From IMG/VR virus record IMGVR_UViG_3300032291_000380, positions 1-28,787 of that record: DNA of 28,787 nt; one strand, written 5' to 3'. Below, piece by piece: positions 25,169-28,787 of the stretch. Positions within the stretch are counted from its first letter, which is position 1. Each line of letters begins with the position of its first letter. Made by a program: the position numbers and the translations under genes. The notes below the pieces were generated by a model. The model had not been told where the DNA came from. It ran no database searches and worked only from the letters and a program-made list of their open reading frames with translations. This stretch comes from a virus (lineage: Duplodnaviria; Caudoviricetes).

Positions 25169-26316
25169 ATGAGTTGGCTTTATTCGCGGGTGCTGGTGGA
25201 GGCATACTTGGAGGCCACCTCCTCGGATGGCGTACAGTCTGTGCAGTCGAGTGGGAAGAGTATCCCGCAAGCGTATTGTGCGCCCGACAAAATGACGGTC
25301 TTCTCCCGCCTTTCCCGATTTGGGATGATGTGTGTTCCTTTGAAGGAACTCCTTGGCGAGGAATCGTCGATGTCATCAGTGGTGGATTTCCATGTCAGGA
25401 CATTAGTGCCGCAGGAAAGGGAGTTGGCATTGATGGAGAGCGAAGTGGAATGTGGGGAGAAATGGCGAGGATCATTCACGAAGTTCGACCCCGATACGTC
25501 TTCGTGGAAAACTCACCAATGCTCACTTCTAGGGGACTTGGAAGAGTTCTCGGAGACTTGGCCTCAATGGGGTTTGATGCGCGGTGGGGAGTGTTGGGAG
25601 CAGCAGACGTTGGCGCAAACCATCAGAGGGACAGGATCTGGATTGTCGCCAAATGGCGTGGACAGCTTCCACACGCCCAACACCACAGGATTAGATGGTG
25701 GGAGCAACAGCAGGAAAGCATTGCGAGGTCGCATGGAGAAGCTTCCTACTCCGACGGCATCGGATCACAGATCACAACCAACGAGCAAGAGTTGGAAGGC
25801 GAAGGGGGCAATCAACTACAAGCTGAGCAACCCAGAGATCCAAGCCAAGTGGCCAACGCCTCAGAGCAGGGACTACAAGGGGAGCAGTGGTCGCAGTCTG
25901 AAGGGGATGGAGACAGACTTACCAACGAAGGTGAAGCAATGGCCAACGCCCGATGCGAACTGCGGGATCAGGGGGACTCAGCCGAACTGGGTGCCAGTGA
26001 GGAAGTCGGGGCAACCTGCTCAGTACTCGATCAATCAGGCGGTGAGGGACAGTCTTTACCCTACCCCATGCTCGACGGACTACAAGGGTTCGGGCAAGAA
26101 TGGGGATCTGAGGGACAGACTGGACTATGCGGTGGAGAGGGGAGCAACGAAGAGCAAGACTTATTCGCAACCTCCTCCTACTGGTGGTCAGTTGAACCCG
26201 ACGTGGGTAGAGTGGTTGATGGGTTGGCCGCTAGGGTGGACAGACTTAAAGCCGTTGGAAATGGACAAGTCCCATTGTGTGCAAGTCAAGCCTTTAGAAT
26301 CTTAAATCGTAGGTAA
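25165..26316 (+). CDS. C5 DNA cytosine methyltransferase, catalytic (alpha) polypeptide: motifs I-VIII and X
   Basis: LFAGAGG (I), AVE (II), DDV (III), GGFPCQDIS (IV), VENS (VI), QRDRIW (VIII), RLKAVGNG (X). No motif IX or TRD is recognisable in this frame. Confidence 0.9.
   Translation: MNELALFAGAGGGILGGHLLGWRTVCAVEWEEYPASVLCARQNDGLLPPFPIWDDVCSFEGTPWRGIVDVISGGFPCQDISAAGKGVGIDGERSGMWGEMARIIHEVRPRYVFVENSPMLTSRGLGRVLGDLASMGFDARWGVLGAADVGANHQRDRIWIVAKWRGQLPHAQHHRIRWWEQQQESIARSHGEASYSDGIGSQITTNEQELEGEGGNQLQAEQPRDPSQVANASEQGLQGEQWSQSEGDGDRLTNEGEAMANARCELRDQGDSAELGASEEVGATCSVLDQSGGEGQSLPYPMLDGLQGFGQEWGSEGQTGLCGGEGSNEEQDLFATSSYWWSVEPDVGRVVDGLAARVDRLKAVGNGQVPLCASQAFRILNRR
25169..26305 (+). CDS. Nested +1-frame beta polypeptide of the C5 methyltransferase: TRD-like repeats and motif IX
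   Basis: 378 codons with no stop, entirely inside the alpha gene. GGAG SD lies 6 nt upstream of its ATG. Five [WLYF][PH]TP modules and GQLNPTWVEWLMGWPLGWT, which matches the motif IX pattern L.P.E.E.L[MQ]G[FW]P..WT. Confidence 0.8.
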   Translation: MSWLYSRVLVEAYLEATSSDGVQSVQSSGKSIPQAYCAPDKMTVFSRLSRFGMMCVPLKELLGEESSMSSVVDFHVRTLVPQERELALMESEVECGEKWRGSFTKFDPDTSSWKTHQCSLLGDLEEFSETWPQWGLMRGGECWEQQTLAQTIRGTGSGLSPNGVDSFHTPNTTGLDGGSNSRKALRGRMEKLPTPTASDHRSQPTSKSWKAKGAINYKLSNPEIQAKWPTPQSRDYKGSSGRSLKGMETDLPTKVKQWPTPDANCGIRGTQPNWVPVRKSGQPAQYSINQAVRDSLYPTPCSTDYKGSGKNGDLRDRLDYAVERGATKSKTYSQPPPTGGQLNPTWVEWLMGWPLGWTDLKPLEMDKSHCVQVKPLES

Positions 26317-26358
26317 GCCCAAGCTATCGGGCTAGTGTGATAGCAGTTTGGAGTAATC

Positions 26359-27834
26359 ATGGGATTGGAATTAAGGCCTTATCAAAAGGCAACGCTTGAG
26401 GCTTTGCGTAAAGGTTTCATAGCAGGGAATAGGAAGCAGATTCTCTATGCACCAACTGGTGCAGGCAAGACAGAGATGGCCATAGCATTGCTCGAAGCCA
26501 CCAAGGACAAGGGCAATCGTGCGGCGATGATCTTGGACAGGATTATCTTGTGTGATCAGACGAGTCAGCGTCTTGATAAGTACAACATTGATCATGGGGT
26601 ATTGCAGTCTGGTCACTGGCGAGACAAGCCATACGAAAAGATCCAAGTGTGTTCTGCTCAGACACTTGAGAGGCGTGGTGAATTTCCTGGTCTTTCTTTG
26701 TTGATCGTTGACGAAGCGCATCAGACTAGAGAAGCAACAGTTGAGTTCATTAACAACAACCCTGAGGTGAGAGTCATTGGTTTGACTGCGACTCCCTTTA
26801 CTAAGGGGTTGGGAAACATTTATGAGAATGTGATCTCTACTGTCACGACCAAGCAGTTGGTGGATGACAAGGTACTCGTACCTTTGAAAGTATTTATTGC
26901 CAAAGAGATAGACATGACAGGGGCTAAGAAGGTGGCGGGTGAGTGGTCGCCTAACGAGACTACCAAGAGGGGAATGCAGATCACAGGGGATATCGTGGAG
27001 GAGTGGGAGAAGAAGACAGTTCAGATCTTCGGCAAGCCAGTCAAGACGATTGTGTTCTGTTCGGGCGTGGCTCATGGTGCAGACTTGGCTCAGCGTTTCG
27101 CAGCCTCAGGCTATAACTTTATCTCTATCAGCTATCAGGATGACGATGACTTCAAGCAAGAGGTGATCAAAGACTTTTCTAAGCCCGACACAGAGATTCA
27201 TGGGCTGATAGCCACAGACATACTGACCAAGGGATTTGATGTCCCTGATGTGCTTATAGGCGTATCTGCACGACCCTTTTCCAAGAGTTTGTCTTCTCAC
27301 ATTCAGCAGATGGGCAGGATCATGAGGAGTCACCCTGACAAAGAGTTTGCGGTGTGGCTTGACCATTCAGGGAACTATCTTAGATTCCGAGAGGATTGGG
27401 ATGAGGTTTACTCTAATGGTGTACATGAGTTACTTGAAGGCAGGGAGAAGCCCAAGAAAGAACCGACTCAGAAAGAGAAGGAGGCTCACAAGTGTCCATC
27501 GTGTGGCTCATTCTGGATTGGTCTATCTGATACTTGTCACAACTGTGGCTATGTGAAGATGAAGAAGTCCAAGGTCGAACAAGTGGCAGGGACATTGGAG
27601 GAACTGGGTGGGCCATCGGATAGGGATATCAAACAGAAGTGGTGGTCAATGTTGAACTGGTATGTGCGTAATCAGAACTGGAATCCTGGCAGAGCGGCTC
27701 ATCTTTATAAGGAGAAGTTCGGGGTCTGGCCTAGGTCATTGCACGATATGCCAGAGATACCAGACAAGGAAGTTCTTAAGTTTGTGGACAACAGTATTAA
27801 GAAGTATGTGAGATCTATTCGGAGGAGTCGGTGA
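26359..27834 (+). CDS. SF2 (DExH-type) DNA helicase with a C-terminal Zn ribbon
   Basis: LRPYQ, APTGAGKT, VDEAH, GLTATP, LTKGFDVPD, QQMGRIMR, CPSC..CHNC. Confidence 0.9.
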   Translation: MGLELRPYQKATLEALRKGFIAGNRKQILYAPTGAGKTEMAIALLEATKDKGNRAAMILDRIILCDQTSQRLDKYNIDHGVLQSGHWRDKPYEKIQVCSAQTLERRGEFPGLSLLIVDEAHQTREATVEFINNNPEVRVIGLTATPFTKGLGNIYENVISTVTTKQLVDDKVLVPLKVFIAKEIDMTGAKKVAGEWSPNETTKRGMQITGDIVEEWEKKTVQIFGKPVKTIVFCSGVAHGADLAQRFAASGYNFISISYQDDDDFKQEVIKDFSKPDTEIHGLIATDILTKGFDVPDVLIGVSARPFSKSLSSHIQQMGRIMRSHPDKEFAVWLDHSGNYLRFREDWDEVYSNGVHELLEGREKPKKEPTQKEKEAHKCPSCGSFWIGLSDTCHNCGYVKMKKSKVEQVAGTLEELGGPSDRDIKQKWWSMLNWYVRNQNWNPGRAAHLYKEKFGVWPRSLHDMPEIPDKEVLKFVDNSIKKYVRSIRRSR

Positions 27835-28658
27835 TGGACTTGCTTAACTTTTGTCGCGCGCATGGCATCCTTATAGATTCAATGCCACCCATAGGAATAT
27901 GGAAAAGGTTTCCGACTGAGGATCATCCACGCAGTAGGAATGGAGCGGTGAAGTTCATGGGTGACCATGCCTTCGTTCAAAACCATGCGGTGGATGTCGA
28001 GGTAGCGGTGTGGAAGATAGACGCTACCCATATAGTTGACCATCAGAGAATTCAGAGGGATGTGCGAGAAGCTGAACGCCAAAGGCAGGAACTTCAGAGA
28101 GCTGCGATAGCCAAGACTGCGAAGATTCTGACTGAGGCACAGTTTGGCAAGCATGATTATCTGAAGGCAAAGGGATTCCCTGATGCTGAAGGCAAGGTGT
28201 GGGTCAAGGATGGGGAGCAGTTCCTAGTCATACCCATGAGGGTTGGAGGTAACTTAGTTGGTTGCCAAATGATTGACCAGTCAGGCGGGAAGAAGTTTCT
28301 GTATGGGCAACGCACGAGCGGTGCAGAACTGGTGATCGACAACAAGGGTGTAGATATATTCTGCGAGGGGTATGCGACTGCGTTATCCATACAGTCTGTT
28401 TTGAGAAAGCTTAAGAGAAGATACAGGATTCATGTTTGCTTCTCGGCAATGAACCTTAAGAAGATTGCGTTAGCCATAGGGTCTGGATGTGTGGTTGCGG
28501 ATAATGACAAGAGCGGAACTGGCGAGCGGATAGCTAGGGAAATCGGCTACCCTTACTGGATGAGTGAAGTCTTGGGGGAGGATGCCAACGATACAATGCA
28601 GAGGATCGGAGACTTCCGCTTCGGTCAGGCAATCATCAAATCATTGAAGATTGTTTGA
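27831..28658 (+). CDS. Toprim-domain primase-like protein
   Basis: H.YL..KG, IPM, Q.I...G.KKFL.G, CEGYATALS, VADND, DAND; coupled to the helicase stop. Confidence 0.8.
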   Translation: MMDLLNFCRAHGILIDSMPPIGIWKRFPTEDHPRSRNGAVKFMGDHAFVQNHAVDVEVAVWKIDATHIVDHQRIQRDVREAERQRQELQRAAIAKTAKILTEAQFGKHDYLKAKGFPDAEGKVWVKDGEQFLVIPMRVGGNLVGCQMIDQSGGKKFLYGQRTSGAELVIDNKGVDIFCEGYATALSIQSVLRKLKRRYRIHVCFSAMNLKKIALAIGSGCVVADNDKSGTGERIAREIGYPYWMSEVLGEDANDTMQRIGDFRFGQAIIKSLKIV

Positions 28659-28787
28659 GTAGTTGAGATACTCCACACTCAAGACTTCGGGATTCATGAT
28701 CTCGGCGGCGGTGAGGTTGGCAAGTATCTCAACTCCAATTTCGTAACACATCAAGCCTTGACCGATGTGGTCAGACTTGACTGTTAC
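28641..28787 (-). CDS. 3' end of a convergent hypothetical gene (5'-truncated by the window)
   Basis: Minus frame is open from the window end (VTVKSDHIGQGLMCYEIG...NNLQ) to a TGA at 28641-43, overlapping the primase end. Confidence 0.4.
   Translation of the reverse strand, partial: VTVKSDHIGQGLMCYEIGVEILANLTAAEIMNPEVLSVEYLNYSNNLQ

Noticed and set aside
25165-26316. Methyltransferase as a frameshifted pseudogene, sequencing error or single programmed frameshift
   Set aside because: Both frames are open end to end with their own ATGs. A single chain would need two shifts, and motif IX (+1 frame) directly abuts motif X (frame 0).
26303-26359. Stop read-through or frameshift fusing the MTase to the in-frame helicase
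   Set aside because: A second in-frame TGA lies at 26338-40, there is no canonical slippery heptamer, and the helicase has its own SD.
26371-27075. 234-aa antisense ORF inside the helicase
   Set aside because: It is a typical antisense shadow with no recognisable motifs, SD or promoter, unlike the MTase +1 frame.
1-28787. Alternative genetic code (stop reassignment)
   Set aside because: Genes tile densely under the standard code and TAA, TGA and TAG all end genes.

Overview
This is a 28.8-kb piece of a tailed dsDNA phage genome with podovirus-like structural genes; a freshwater betaproteobacterial host is my inference only. Bases 1-16329 (+) encode the end of the virion module: a 5'-truncated tail tubular/head-stabilisation protein, a 1332-aa Thr/Pro mucin-like protein, three probable internal/ejection proteins, and a 2255-aa polyvalent protein with ADP-ribosyltransferase-like, HExxH zincin-like and LPD38-like domains. 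Bases 16353-20634 (-) form a leftward operon: PD-(D/E)XK nuclease, ERF recombinase, SSB-like protein, RHH-like protein, Ref/HNH-like nuclease and PAPS-reductase-family protein. Bases 20732-28658 (+) encode a VRR-NUC-like nuclease, a SAM methyltransferase, a ~460-nt densely structured intergenic region, small ORFs, GIY-YIG and ParB-like proteins, a C5 DNA methyltransferase, an SF2 helicase and a Toprim primase. The strongest signal is the C5 methyltransferase, which is split across two fully overlapping frames of the same 1.15 kb. One frame carries catalytic motifs I-VIII and X; the +1 frame carries motif IX and five tandem PTP-type TRD-like modules, suggesting an M.EcoHK31I-like heterodimer that may be multispecific. 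Also notable are a perfect 20-bp inverted repeat bracketing the 6.4-kb divergent early region and candidate structured RNAs, including a promoter-driven pseudoknotted hairpin and repeated GUUAGCG-loop hairpins. All family assignments come from motif recognition by eye; no database search was run.
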